Positions 38,475 through 47,870 of a stretch of DNA of 64,000 nucleotides are shown here, piece by piece (within the stretch, counting starts at the first letter, position 1; every line of letters begins with the position of its first letter). A program made the translations under genes and the position numbers. Under the pieces are notes generated by a model. The model had not been told where the DNA came from. It did no database searches and saw nothing but the letters and a program-made list of their open reading frames with translations. The stretch is from Thermoplasmatota archaeon (GTDB lineage: Archaea; Thermoplasmatota; E2; DHVEG-1; B18-G2), in contig JAPDJO010000002.1 in the NCBI GenBank assembly GCA_029259115.1, positions 18,737-82,736 on the forward strand. The letters are read 5' to 3'.

Positions 38475-39155
38475 TTAAACTACACTGTTTATCATACCGT
38501 ACTCTTGTAGTTTTATTAGACCTATCTTTCTCAAATTCCTATCATTCCTCCTCTCTGAGAACCTTATCAAAGCACGATAGATTTCCCTGTTGAGATAATT
38601 CAAGTTCAGATTAGCTCTTGATTCGTAGCTTTCAAGGAGGAACTTGCATAGACGAAATTTTTCATCTGTGAACTTTTCATCAGTTGTTAGTATCGATATA
38701 CACATCTCAGCAAGATCTTCTTCAACTCTTCCGATCCTACTCTCCTCAAAATCTAAACCATACAGTTTTTCTTTATCCACGATAAAATTTCTAAGTATAG
38801 AGTCCCCTCTTATTATGTGCTTATCTTTGAAGAATGAATGAAAATCTGAAAGCCAGTCAGCTAATCTATCCATAACTCTAATCTTTTCTCTGTTTTTGAG
38901 GTTTACAAAGTCACATAGATTTTCTCCAGGTAAAAATTCCATAATGATAAACCTATCTTTTCTGTTGATCTCATATATACTCGGAACACTTAAATTATCT
39001 TGCAGTAACCTTAAAACACTATACTCTCTATCCAATCTTCTCATAGATGAAAATATCTTCAGTACTCTATCCTCTCCGTCTACTTCTATCCTAAAGACCC
39101 TATTCTTCTTACTTTTGAACCTCTCTTTTATTCTGAATTTCTTGATACTATTCAT
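38475..39155 (-). CDS. Atypical kinase (Bud32/RIO/APH-like fold)
   Basis: VLKIF, REY..L, IIMEFLPG, RGDSILRNF, LDFEE. ATG 39155 overlaps the upstream TGA. Confidence 0.75.
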   Translation of the reverse strand: MNSIKKFRIKERFKSKKNRVFRIEVDGEDRVLKIFSSMRRLDREYSVLRLLQDNLSVPSIYEINRKDRFIIMEFLPGENLCDFVNLKNREKIRVMDRLADWLSDFHSFFKDKHIIRGDSILRNFIVDKEKLYGLDFEESRIGRVEEDLAEMCISILTTDEKFTDEKFRLCKFLLESYESRANLNLNYLNREIYRALIRFSERRNDRNLRKIGLIKLQEYGMINSVV

Positions 39156-39739
39156 TTTTCTACTATCTCTATAGAAACTACATTTCTGACCCACAGATTT
39201 GATGGAGTTAGATATCCCTCTTCGCTCACAAATGCAACTCTGAGAGGTCCTTCATCCTCGCCAAGAGTACTTCCATCTTTTTCATATGCCAATATCATAG
39301 TCAAGTTTCCCACTCCAATAGGATTTCCACTCTCGTTGTAGATGTCTACTTTGCCTTTTATCATGTCCATGGAATAGTCTTTCTCGTAACCATCGCTGGC
39401 AATAACAGTTATAGAGTAATTCTCTGGAAGAGAAAACTCTTGGAGAATGTATTCAAATGAGACACCCTTGTAGAGATTTGGCCCAACAGTTACGTTATTC
39501 TTTTTAACATATCCTCCATATCCTGATATGCTAGGCATAGATTTTAAGTCATCTAGAGTGTAATTCTTGACCTCGTCTCCATATCTTGCTGTCAAAACAT
39601 AGCTTATTCCTTGCTCTTCCTCTTGAGTTATCTCCTTCTCAGATTTTGGTAAGCTTACATAGATGTATGCACCTATGGCTGCGATTAGAATAATTATGAA
39701 AGTTACTGTCACAATCTTGTCGTTCTTCTCCCCCACCAT
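39152..39739 (-). CDS. Membrane-anchored molybdopterin-binding-fold protein without Cys
   Basis: N-terminal TM, TLDDLKSMP, YKGVSF..IL, ASDGY, ILAYEKDG, GPLRV, WVRNVVSIEI. Confidence 0.7.
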   Translation of the reverse strand: MVGEKNDKIVTVTFIIILIAAIGAYIYVSLPKSEKEITQEEEQGISYVLTARYGDEVKNYTLDDLKSMPSISGYGGYVKKNNVTVGPNLYKGVSFEYILQEFSLPENYSITVIASDGYEKDYSMDMIKGKVDIYNESGNPIGVGNLTMILAYEKDGSTLGEDEGPLRVAFVSEEGYLTPSNLWVRNVVSIEIVEK

Positions 39740-39784
39740 GTTACACCAAAAAGAAAATTAACTTTTAAGCTTTGTTAATTTTGG

Positions 39785-40534
39785 ATGATCAAAATTGGAT
39801 GTTGTGGATTCGCTAAAGGGAAAAAAGAGTATTTTAAACATTTCAAACTCGTTGAGATCCAGCAGACGTTTTACAAGATAATTCCAGAAGATACCCTGGA
39901 GAGATGGCGTCGCGATGCTCCAAACGATTTCGAATTCACTGTTAAGGCATTTCAAGGTATTACCCATCCTATAAATAGCCCAACTTGGAGAAGAAGTGGA
40001 ATTAACTTGAAGGGAAATGAGAGATATGGTAATCTTCAATCTAGCGAAGAGGTGTTCGAATCCTGGGAAATTACCAAAAGGGCATGCGAGATATTAAATG
40101 CAAAGATATGCCTCATACAACTTCCAAAGAGATTCAAAGATAGCAGGGAGAACATAGAAAATGCAAGAAATTTCTTTTCTAGCATAGATAGAGATAGTAT
40201 AGATATAGCTGTCGAGCTGAGAGGCTGGTCAGATGAAAATATAGAGAAACTATGCAGAGATTACAATCTGATAGATTGTAGAGATCCATTCGCATCTAAG
40301 CCAGCTTATCTGAATGAAATAGCATATCTTAGACTGCACGGCTCTCCGCCTGGTGACAAGATGTACAGGTATCAATATACAGAGGAAGACTTACACAAAT
40401 TGGAAGACTATATCAAGAATCTGGATGTTGGAGAGATATATGTACTTTTCAACAATATCTACATGTTTGAAGATGCCAAAAGATTTCAAGAGATTTTGAA
40501 AAAGGAGGAAGGCGGGGAGGGATGGGACAGGTGA
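39785..40534 (+). CDS. DUF72 family protein
   Basis: IGCCGF, VEIQQTFY, FTVKAFQGITH, YLRLHG, YVLFNN. Confidence 0.9.
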   Translation: MIKIGCCGFAKGKKEYFKHFKLVEIQQTFYKIIPEDTLERWRRDAPNDFEFTVKAFQGITHPINSPTWRRSGINLKGNERYGNLQSSEEVFESWEITKRACEILNAKICLIQLPKRFKDSRENIENARNFFSSIDRDSIDIAVELRGWSDENIEKLCRDYNLIDCRDPFASKPAYLNEIAYLRLHGSPPGDKMYRYQYTEEDLHKLEDYIKNLDVGEIYVLFNNIYMFEDAKRFQEILKKEEGGEGWDR

Positions 40535-40606
40535 GGAGAGAGACCGCCTGCATGTGCCCGTCTTAGGGCCCTTTACTATACATGCAGGCTTTTTGATCCT
40601 CAATCT
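40495..40606. ncRNA. Candidate structured small RNA or DNA hairpin element (strand uncertain; minus favoured)
   Basis: Nested stems TGAGGA/TCCTCA, GCCTGCATGT/ACATGCAGGC and GCCC/GGGC. On the minus strand, TTTATAAA (40630-40637) lies upstream and a pyrimidine/T tract downstream. Confidence 0.35.
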
Positions 40607-40711
40607 CTAGACCTAAAACACGTACAGGGTTTATAAATGAGAGGAGGGGGTAAAAAGTGTTTAAAAACTTTTCGATTCAATATAATACATGGAGCCATTT
40701 TTCATATTGAT

Positions 40712-41740
40712 ATGCCTATCCTCAGAAGTAGACAGAAACTAGACATATCTTATATACCTTCTAAGGTGCTATGCAGAGATAGGGAGATACAGATTTTGAA
40801 AACACTCGTAGAGAGTGGCGGAAAAGCTCTCATATCAGGAGAAATAGGAACAGGTAAAACCTTGCTCGCCAGGTATCTCTTTAAAGAATCAATCTACATA
40901 AATTGTTTTGTAAACAGATCAGAGCATGCAATATTAGAGAGTATCCTATCAAAAGTCAGACCAAGTTTCAATCCTGCCGGTTTACCTACGAGGAAATTAT
41001 GGGAGCAAATACCTGATAACACTGTGATTATACTGGATGAAATCGAGGGCATCTCCTTGGATGACTTGAACCATTTTCTGTATACACTATCGAGAAGATC
41101 CGAATGTGGTAGGAGGTTGAAGTATATCGCTATAACTAGAGATGCAAATATTTTGAGACAAATGATAGGAGATGATGCAACTTGGAGTACATTTGCAGAA
41201 AAAGCAGTGATCCAGCTTCAACCTTATAACCACAATCAAATGGTCGAAATACTTAATTATAGGGCGCAAGAAGCTCTGTATGAGGGAACCTTCGATGAGG
41301 ATATACTCTCGCTTATAGCGGATATAGCTATGGAAAGCAGAGGTCATATGAGGACAGCGATCGATATATTGAGAAACTCAGCCATACTAGCTGAGCAGAA
41401 AGGCAAGACAAAAATTGAGCCGGAAGATGTAAGAGAGACCAATCTTGATACCTGGATCGGAAACCTAGACTCGCTTGATAAGAATCATCTTTTGGTGTTG
41501 CTCTCTATAGCTAAAGCGTGCTCAAATAAGGCTTATACAACTTTAGAGGATTTAAAGGAGCACTACTTCATAGAATGCGAAAATCATAACATAGAGCCTA
41601 CAGACATAGAACATCTAATCCCGAGACTGGAAGCAGAGGGGTTTATTAGTAGAAGAGAGAGCGATGGTAAATGTGCTTTACTGATACCTTCTAAGATAAT
41701 AACAAAAGAAATCGAGGAGAACCTCGAGAAAATCTTATAA
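40712..41740 (+). CDS. cdc6: Orc1/Cdc6-family AAA+ replication initiator (short, divergent)
   Basis: L..SYIP..V..RDREI, GEIGTGKT, YINC, ILDEIE, PYN..Q..EIL..RA, GHMRTAIDILR. Confidence 0.85.
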   Translation: MPILRSRQKLDISYIPSKVLCRDREIQILKTLVESGGKALISGEIGTGKTLLARYLFKESIYINCFVNRSEHAILESILSKVRPSFNPAGLPTRKLWEQIPDNTVIILDEIEGISLDDLNHFLYTLSRRSECGRRLKYIAITRDANILRQMIGDDATWSTFAEKAVIQLQPYNHNQMVEILNYRAQEALYEGTFDEDILSLIADIAMESRGHMRTAIDILRNSAILAEQKGKTKIEPEDVRETNLDTWIGNLDSLDKNHLLVLLSIAKACSNKAYTTLEDLKEHYFIECENHNIEPTDIEHLIPRLEAEGFISRRESDGKCALLIPSKIITKEIEENLEKIL

Positions 41741-42298
41741 CTTCTTTAATCCCTGCCACCATTCATTGCAAGTAGTCTTTGTAAGAGCATCCATCAACTG
41801 TTTTGCAGACCTCGTTTTCAACCTCTGAGAGATTCTTACAATCCAATCCTTTGCAGATTCAAATCCAATCTCAATGTATTCCTTAGCAGTAAATGCCATT
41901 TCCAAAAGATCTGCATCTTTAGCAATAATCCCAGCTCTTCCTTTGAGACTTTCAAATTCTCTCCATATTTTAAATATACCCTCCCCGATCTCTCCGAGGG
42001 ATTTGCTTTGTTCCTCTATAATTTTTTCTTCATTTGCATCAACATATCTTTTAGCAACTTTGTGCAGATCCCCGATTCTACATTCCGCTATATCATGAAA
42101 TACTAGCATCGTGCAGACTTCTTCAGGCTTTTCATACTCCTCCATTTTAGCCAATATATATCCAATCTGTGCCGCTCTCAGTGAATGCTCAGCTACACTT
42201 TCTGGATCTTTAACTCCACACAATTTCCAACCCTCATGCTTAATTTTTCTTAACTGTCCTAGTTCACATATGAATTTGCAGATCCCAATCTCTTCCAT
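41735..42298 (-). CDS. HD-domain hydrolase (YfbR/HDDC2-like)
   Basis: GW...ESVAEHS, HDIAECRIGD, DADLLE. Confidence 0.88.
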   Translation of the reverse strand: MEEIGICKFICELGQLRKIKHEGWKLCGVKDPESVAEHSLRAAQIGYILAKMEEYEKPEEVCTMLVFHDIAECRIGDLHKVAKRYVDANEEKIIEEQSKSLGEIGEGIFKIWREFESLKGRAGIIAKDADLLEMAFTAKEYIEIGFESAKDWIVRISQRLKTRSAKQLMDALTKTTCNEWWQGLKKL

Positions 42299-42354
42299 GG
42301 TTTAGAAAACAAAATTTATCTTATAAATCTTGAATACAGTCTTGTTCGAAAAAA

Positions 42355-42427
42355 TGGGCCCGCTGGGATTCGAACCCAAGTCTATGGCTCCCGAAGCCAC
42401 AAGGATACCAAGCTACCCCACGGGCCC
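42355..42427 (-). tRNA. tRNA-Pro (CGG), intronless, CCA not encoded
   Basis: GGGCCCG/CGGGCCC-A acceptor stem, anticodon arm GTGGC-TTCGGGA-GCCAT, T arm TTGGG-TTCGAAT-CCCAG. Confidence 0.93.
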
Positions 42428-42462
42428 CCGAAAAGAAGAAATCCCATATAAATTAAAATAAC

Positions 42463-43257
42463 TTACTTGATGAGTTTTGCAAACTCCTTGTATTTCTCCT
42501 CTAAGATCCTGGAAGCCTCTATCAGTATAGTTTTTGCATCCAGAGATCCATCTGTTTCGAACTTGAATATGTATTTACTCTCATCACCCTTTACCTCCAT
42601 CGCTCCATCTTCTGTAACTTCCATGCAAGATTTGCAAAGAGAGCATTCCTCGACATTTTTGACAACTAGCTTTCCATCTTTTTCTTCCAAGATTTTCTTT
42701 GGGCAAGCCTCTATAGCTCTCTTTCTAGATTCTTCATCAAGTTTATCCTGATTTATCTTGATTATCGGGTAATATTTGTATCCCGGAGCTACAACAGCCT
42801 GCCATTTTGCATGGTCTTTACCTCTTCCAAGCACGGCTTCGGCTTCCAAAATTAGTCTTTGCCCTTCAAACAATTCAACTATAGGTATGTTTGGATCTAC
42901 GACCTTCCACTTCTCATTTTCAGGTTGCAAGTCTCCAGAATATATTACTCCGGGTTCTTCTCTACTTAAAGTATATCTAACTGTACAGTTTGGGCAACCT
43001 TCACCTTTACATGAGCATTTATCTCGTGGAACTAGAAGTTTAAGATCGGTTGGAAGAGGAATCATACCCAATCTGTGAGCAATGATCTCATCAAACAGAG
43101 GCGAGGTATTGTCATAGAAGATTACATCTTCTATAGCTAATTTTGGAACTTCCCTTAACATAGCTCTCCTTAAAGCATTCACAAAGTAATGTGATGTATC
43201 TGATACTACTAACTTTGCATATCTCTCCTTTAATTCAACAACCTCAACCTTTACCAA
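42463..43257 (-). CDS. rpoD: DNA-directed RNA polymerase subunit D (Rpo3) with Fe-S domain
   Basis: NALRR, DEIIAHRLGMIP, GKDHAKW, CSLCKSC. Confidence 0.95.
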   Translation of the reverse strand: MVKVEVVELKERYAKLVVSDTSHYFVNALRRAMLREVPKLAIEDVIFYDNTSPLFDEIIAHRLGMIPLPTDLKLLVPRDKCSCKGEGCPNCTVRYTLSREEPGVIYSGDLQPENEKWKVVDPNIPIVELFEGQRLILEAEAVLGRGKDHAKWQAVVAPGYKYYPIIKINQDKLDEESRKRAIEACPKKILEEKDGKLVVKNVEECSLCKSCMEVTEDGAMEVKGDESKYIFKFETDGSLDAKTILIEASRILEEKYKEFAKLIK

Positions 43258-43268
43258 ATCAGATCACC

Positions 43269-43652
43269 CTAAACTCTTCTTCCTCTCTTTCCACCTTTCT
43301 TTCTGCCACCATCATGAGGTATAGGCGTTACATCTTCTATCCTTCCAACCTTCAGTCCTGCTCTAACTAAAGCTCTTATTGCAGCTTGAGCTCCTGGACC
43401 TGGGACTTTACTTTTTGTCCCTCCCGGTCCTCTTACCTTTATGTGTATCTTGTCTATCCCTTTCTCCTTCGCCATCTCTGCAACTCTCTGAGCTACAAGC
43501 ATCGCTGAATAGGGAGAACCTTCATCCTTTGCAGATTTTGTTACCATCCCACCAGAGCATCTTGCTATTGTTTCAGCTCCTGTTAAGTCTGTTATTGTGA
43601 TTATGACATTATTGAAGGAAGCGTATATGTGGGCAACTCCCCATCTTCCCAT
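43269..43652 (-). CDS. rps11: 30S ribosomal protein uS11
   Basis: [31 protein letters not shown]. Confidence 0.97.
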   Translation of the reverse strand: MGRWGVAHIYASFNNVIITITDLTGAETIARCSGGMVTKSAKDEGSPYSAMLVAQRVAEMAKEKGIDKIHIKVRGPGGTKSKVPGPGAQAAIRALVRAGLKVGRIEDVTPIPHDGGRKKGGKRGRRV

Positions 43653-43653
43653 C

Positions 43654-44220
43654 CTATTCCTCCTTTACCTCAACCATTTTAGGTTTAGGAATAGTGTCAA
43701 CAGAAGGCCTAGCCGGATGAGATGGATCATATAAAGGAGAGTCGGGTGCATAATCTATATCTTTTTCCTCATCTGCTCTGACCATATAGCTTGGTACAGT
43801 TACTCTTCTTCCTCTTATGGCTATATGACCATGCACTACGAGTTGCCTTGCCTGCTTTGGAGTGGCTGCAAGACCTTTGAGATAAACCAACGTCTGTAAC
43901 CTTCTTTTAAGTATATCTTCAACAGTCAAAGCTAGACAATCATCAAGCGTTGCATCAGGTTTTACTAAATTCATTCTTATAAGGTGATTCATCAGCTGTT
44001 CGACTTGTCTTTTGTAAACAGGATCTTCGGATCCTACCTTAGCTAGTAGTTTTCTTGCTTGTGTTCTATATTTTCTCAAAATGGTTTCTGCCTTCCATAT
44101 CTCTCTCTTATTCTTTAACCCATACTTTTTCATCAGTTCGTTTTCTCTCTTTATCCTCTCCTCTTCCCATGGATGCGAAGGAGTTTCATATTTTTTCCTC
44201 AATCTCCTAGGATCCCCCAT
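43654..44220 (-). CDS. rps4: 30S ribosomal protein uS4
   Basis: MGDP...[31 protein letters not shown]. Confidence 0.97.
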   Translation of the reverse strand: MGDPRRLRKKYETPSHPWEEERIKRENELMKKYGLKNKREIWKAETILRKYRTQARKLLAKVGSEDPVYKRQVEQLMNHLIRMNLVKPDATLDDCLALTVEDILKRRLQTLVYLKGLAATPKQARQLVVHGHIAIRGRRVTVPSYMVRADEEKDIDYAPDSPLYDPSHPARPSVDTIPKPKMVEVKEE

Positions 44221-44230
44221 AAAAATCCCT

Positions 44231-44698
44231 TTACTTTCTCTTTCTAGATACTCCCAATGCGAGACCTTTTCTTCCGTTTGATCTTGTCCTCTGCCCTCTA
44301 ACCGGTAAGCCTAGCTCATGTCTTATTCCTCTGTAAGCCCTTATCTTCTTTAATCTGTTGATATCTTCTCTCTTCGTTAGATCAATATCTGCACCTATAA
44401 GATGAAGATCTTTACCTGTGTAGTAGTCTTTTCTTCTGTTCATTAACCAACCCGGAGCGAACTTGTTGAGGTTTGATATGATCTCTTGGATTTTTTCTAT
44501 CTTCTCGTCAGGCAGGTTTCCTATCTTTTCAAATCTATTGACCCCTGCAGCATCAGCTATTATCGTGCTGAGATGAAAACCTATACCTTTTATCCTTGTT
44601 AGAGCGTGAACTACGCTTTTTTCTCCATTGAGATCAGTATCTGCAATTCTAACTATGTACTTGAAGTCCTGATTTTCTTGCATTTCCTGCTCAGCCAG
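44231..44698 (-). CDS. rps13: 30S ribosomal protein uS13 (start is CTG 44698 or ATG 44683)
   Basis: [30 protein letters not shown]; RBS GAGGTGA just upstream of 44698. Confidence 0.95.
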   Translation of the reverse strand: MAEQEMQENQDFKYIVRIADTDLNGEKSVVHALTRIKGIGFHLSTIIADAAGVNRFEKIGNLPDEKIEKIQEIISNLNKFAPGWLMNRRKDYYTGKDLHLIGADIDLTKREDINRLKKIRAYRGIRHELGLPVRGQRTRSNGRKGLALGVSRKRK

Positions 44699-44859
44699 TT
44701 CTATCACCTCTTTCAGTATAACAGAGAGTAAGCCTAATAATAATAAAACTGGTATATAAGGATTTAGGAAAGAGAGATTTTTTGTATCACTTACCAAGTT
44801 GACATTGCTAAATCGCAAGATTTAAAAGATAAAATATTATATAAATACATGGGAGAAAA

Positions 44860-46396
44860 GTGACCGGGTGGAAGAGTAAACTATTCGTTCTGGCAATTTC
44901 TATCCTAATTATATCCGCTATACTCTCTCTGGCTATTACTTTCACTTTTACCGAGATAAAAGAAAGCACGGAGGAATTGTTAATTAAAATCGATACAGAT
45001 AGGGCACCCATAGGGATTGAACCCCTCGCTCTTAATCTTTCTGCAAGGATACTTAACGCTAAAGGAAAAGTTACCTACGAGTGGGATCTTGGGAATGGAG
45101 AAAAATCAAATAAAGAAAAAGTCACGATAACCTATGACGAGCCCGGTACATATAATTGCACTCTTACAGTTACCGATGAAATCGGCAGAAAAGCAGTAGA
45201 TAGTATAAAATAATCGTGGAAAGGAATAGACCACCTATAGTTACACTCAACATAAATAAAAAGACTATCGAGAGAAAATTCACATGGTTGAACTTTTTAG
45301 CCCTTTTACCAATACCTTTCAATCCTTATGCTTGGGCAGGAAACCAGCAGTTAACCCTAGATCGAATAGAGAAGAAAAAGGGACATTGGGCATGGGGAGA
45401 TAGTGGAATAGTCATAACCGCACAGATCAACGATCCAGAAGGAGACGAGATTGTATCATATGAATGGAGAGAGCAAACGGCAGATAAACTGGTAACAATA
45501 ACTGGAAAAACTTTGCTCCCGGTGCACAATCTCTCAGGAAATGAAAGCGTAAAGATCCCTGCTCTATATGCATGGATGATAGGCAGGCATATAGTTACAC
45601 TCACCGTTAGGGATTCGGCAGGAAATGTAGCTACTGCAGTCACAGACTATATAGTTTCTGAGAGTCAGAGAGAGACAACCATAAACATGTTAAGGATAAT
45701 GGTCCTGTTTATTCCGAGTATAATGAGCATCGTCAGAGGAACAGGAGGTTCACTTTGGAATGCTATGCCAAAGATATGAGAGAAAACATTTCTAATCATG
45801 TAGATGAGCTGTACGAAGAGGTGAGAACAAATCCGTTGCTGAACAACTTTCCGCTGATCAAGACGATCCTCTTATCGATGATAGAGAAGATTCCAAACAC
45901 TGTCGGTGTCCCCTACGAGCATCCACTTGATAAAGCTGAGCTTGTAGTATCGGAGATCCAACCGTTTAACTTTTCAACCTATGTGAACGAAAGTGGTGTA
46001 GTCGATAGAAACATAACACTAGCTAGATCATTCAACATAACAAATGTTGATACCAACTTGACGGCATTTGATATCTATTTAACACTAAGTAAGCCGTTTT
46101 CAGAAGAGAAAGGACTTCCAGAGCAACTCGAGAAGGACGGGGTAACTGTCAAAATAAAAGTTAACTCTCTTACTAAAAAACTGTCCCATCAGAGAAATTA
46201 CACAGAATGGAAGAGAAGCATGAAGATAGATGAACTACACCCTGGAGATAGGATAGAGTGTACACTTTATCTGACATTGGAAAAGGGAGTAGTCGTAGAG
46301 AAAGGTATGTACGATTGCCATCTCTATGTCTATCAAGGCAAAACTCTGCACCGCGAAGAGCTTGTAGATATTGTAACATTTAAAGTGATATTATAA
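44860..46396 (+). pseudogene. Membrane-anchored PKD-domain protein split by two -1 frameshifts
   Basis: ORFs 44860-45213, 45216-45779 and 45755-46396 join when one base is added at about 45210 (DSIK-IIVERNRPP) and at about 45772 (MPK-DMRENIS). PKD motif YEWDLGNG...TYDEPGTY. Confidence 0.7.
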
Positions 46397-46475
46397 AAAC
46401 ACGGATGATAACGAGGGCTAACATACTTCCAAAAATCAATATCAATTATATTGGAAGGTCAATCGGTTATTTCCT

Positions 46476-47870
46476 TCAAGTCGATTTGGATCTTCCAAGA
46501 ATTAAGAAGAAGGCGCTGATGTTATCGCTTTCTTCTCTACCATACACATCCTCCGCTACAACTTTTATGTCATGCCTTCCTATAAGTCTATCCCTACATA
46601 CCCATATATATGGTTCCTTTTCAGCCACATACTTGAGGTTGTTGTCTATATAGAACTTTACTGTTTTAATGTCGACTGTTCCATGAATTCTCGCGACGAC
46701 ATTTATCCTTCCCACTATGACGGTAGTCTTTAATTTTAATCTTATATACCTGCCTAATATGTAAAGCCCATTTACTGGTCTAACGATACTCACGGAAAAT
46801 GGTGGGTTCGGATTTCCTACGGTTATATTTTTGGCTATGGAACTGGTGAAACCATCATTATCTCTTACATATAACCTGACTTCATATGTTCCATTTTGTG
46901 CATACGGATGTGTTACATTTTCTCCATATGCTATGTCTCCATCACCGAAATACCATGTCCAGTTAACGATGTATCCGTCTATATCGTATGACGTACTGTA
47001 GAAGTACACTGTATACCCTGCAGAAGGATTGAGAGGCTCATAGTAAAAATCTGCGGTTGGATAAAATGGGATAATCTCAAATTCATGCGCATCTGACATA
47101 TTTCCATTTCCAGAGGTGTCGATTGCCCATATGAAGAAGTGATAGGTTCCAATTTCAGGATAGCTTAGATTTACGTAGTATATATCATAACCTTTCCTGC
47201 TGGCAGAGACATTCATTGTAGATCCATTTGGAAGTGATATATTGATATACACACCATCGACAGCCACATTATCAGTCACTCTACAGGAGATGTTAACATT
47301 TTGTCCTACATATTGAATACTCGGTATGATAACGATATTCGATATTTCTGGTTTTATATGATCTGTGATGTTACCAGATACATTAACTGTACAGTTATGA
47401 ATGATCGCTGGCACACTATACCCCTCACAAGCCAACTCAGCAGAGAGGTTTAAGTAAGCAATTCCTGCTCTTTTTGCTTTAAAACTGATGGTACAAAGTG
47501 TACCGGAAATCTTACTTTTTTCTCCATGTAGAGTGAAACAAAACATTCCGGTTAGTTCGCCTTTAGAATTATCAACAGATCCCTCAACAAAGGTGACATC
47601 ACTATACTCGCTAAAGACGTATCCTTCAGTTATATTTACAATTTCTAAGATATGTGGAGGAAAAGAAAGTTTTTCAATCTCCCATCCACTGATGTTTTCT
47701 TTAAGATCAGCGTACACTTCTACCGAGAAAATCTCGCCTATCTCAACATTTTCATATTCTGGTAGTAGAGAGATCGATGATATCTCTGTTCCATCTGCCA
47801 GAGAGTATGATGGATAGAAGGATAGAAGAATTAGCACCACAACTGTAGAAAGTACGCTTACACTTCTCAT
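46476..47870 (-). CDS. Secreted cohesin + Ig-like + PKD + C-terminal Ig-like protein (scaffoldin-like)
   Basis: Signal peptide; cohesin pattern GEIFSVEV..SGWEI..LSFPP.IL....TEG...DN.KG...GTLCTISFKA; WTWYFGDG; VKFYID...EPYIW. Confidence 0.75.
   Translation of the reverse strand: MRSVSVLSTVVVLILLSFYPSYSLADGTEISSISLLPEYENVEIGEIFSVEVYADLKENISGWEIEKLSFPPHILEIVNITEGYVFSEYSDVTFVEGSVDNSKGELTGMFCFTLHGEKSKISGTLCTISFKAKRAGIAYLNLSAELACEGYSVPAIIHNCTVNVSGNITDHIKPEISNIVIIPSIQYVGQNVNISCRVTDNVAVDGVYINISLPNGSTMNVSASRKGYDIYYVNLSYPEIGTYHFFIWAIDTSGNGNMSDAHEFEIIPFYPTADFYYEPLNPSAGYTVYFYSTSYDIDGYIVNWTWYFGDGDIAYGENVTHPYAQNGTYEVRLYVRDNDGFTSSIAKNITVGNPNPPFSVSIVRPVNGLYILGRYIRLKLKTTVIVGRINVVARIHGTVDIKTVKFYIDNNLKYVAEKEPYIWVCRDRLIGRHDIKVVAEDVYGREESDNISAFFLILGRSKST

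Noticed and set aside
40391-40603. 70-aa minus-strand ORF across the hairpin
   Set aside because: TTG start without an RBS, overlaps DUF72 antisense, and shows no recognisable motif.
40535-40711. Replication origin next to cdc6
   Set aside because: No repeated ORB-like TTCCAxxGGAA-G-string elements were recognised; only one G-rich run is present.
40637-40711. Extended cdc6 N-terminus (MRGGGKK...)
   Set aside because: Family similarity begins at MPILRSRQKL (40712); the upstream part reads as promoter sequence.
42355-42427. tRNA-Arg(TCG) reading, or an integration site
   Set aside because: The stem register gives loop TTCGGGA, hence anticodon CGG (Pro). No duplicated tRNA 3' end or integrase was seen.
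44699-44818. Hydrophobic N-terminal extension on uS13
   Set aside because: An RBS lies downstream of the called start; the extension is most likely promoter/UTR read in frame.
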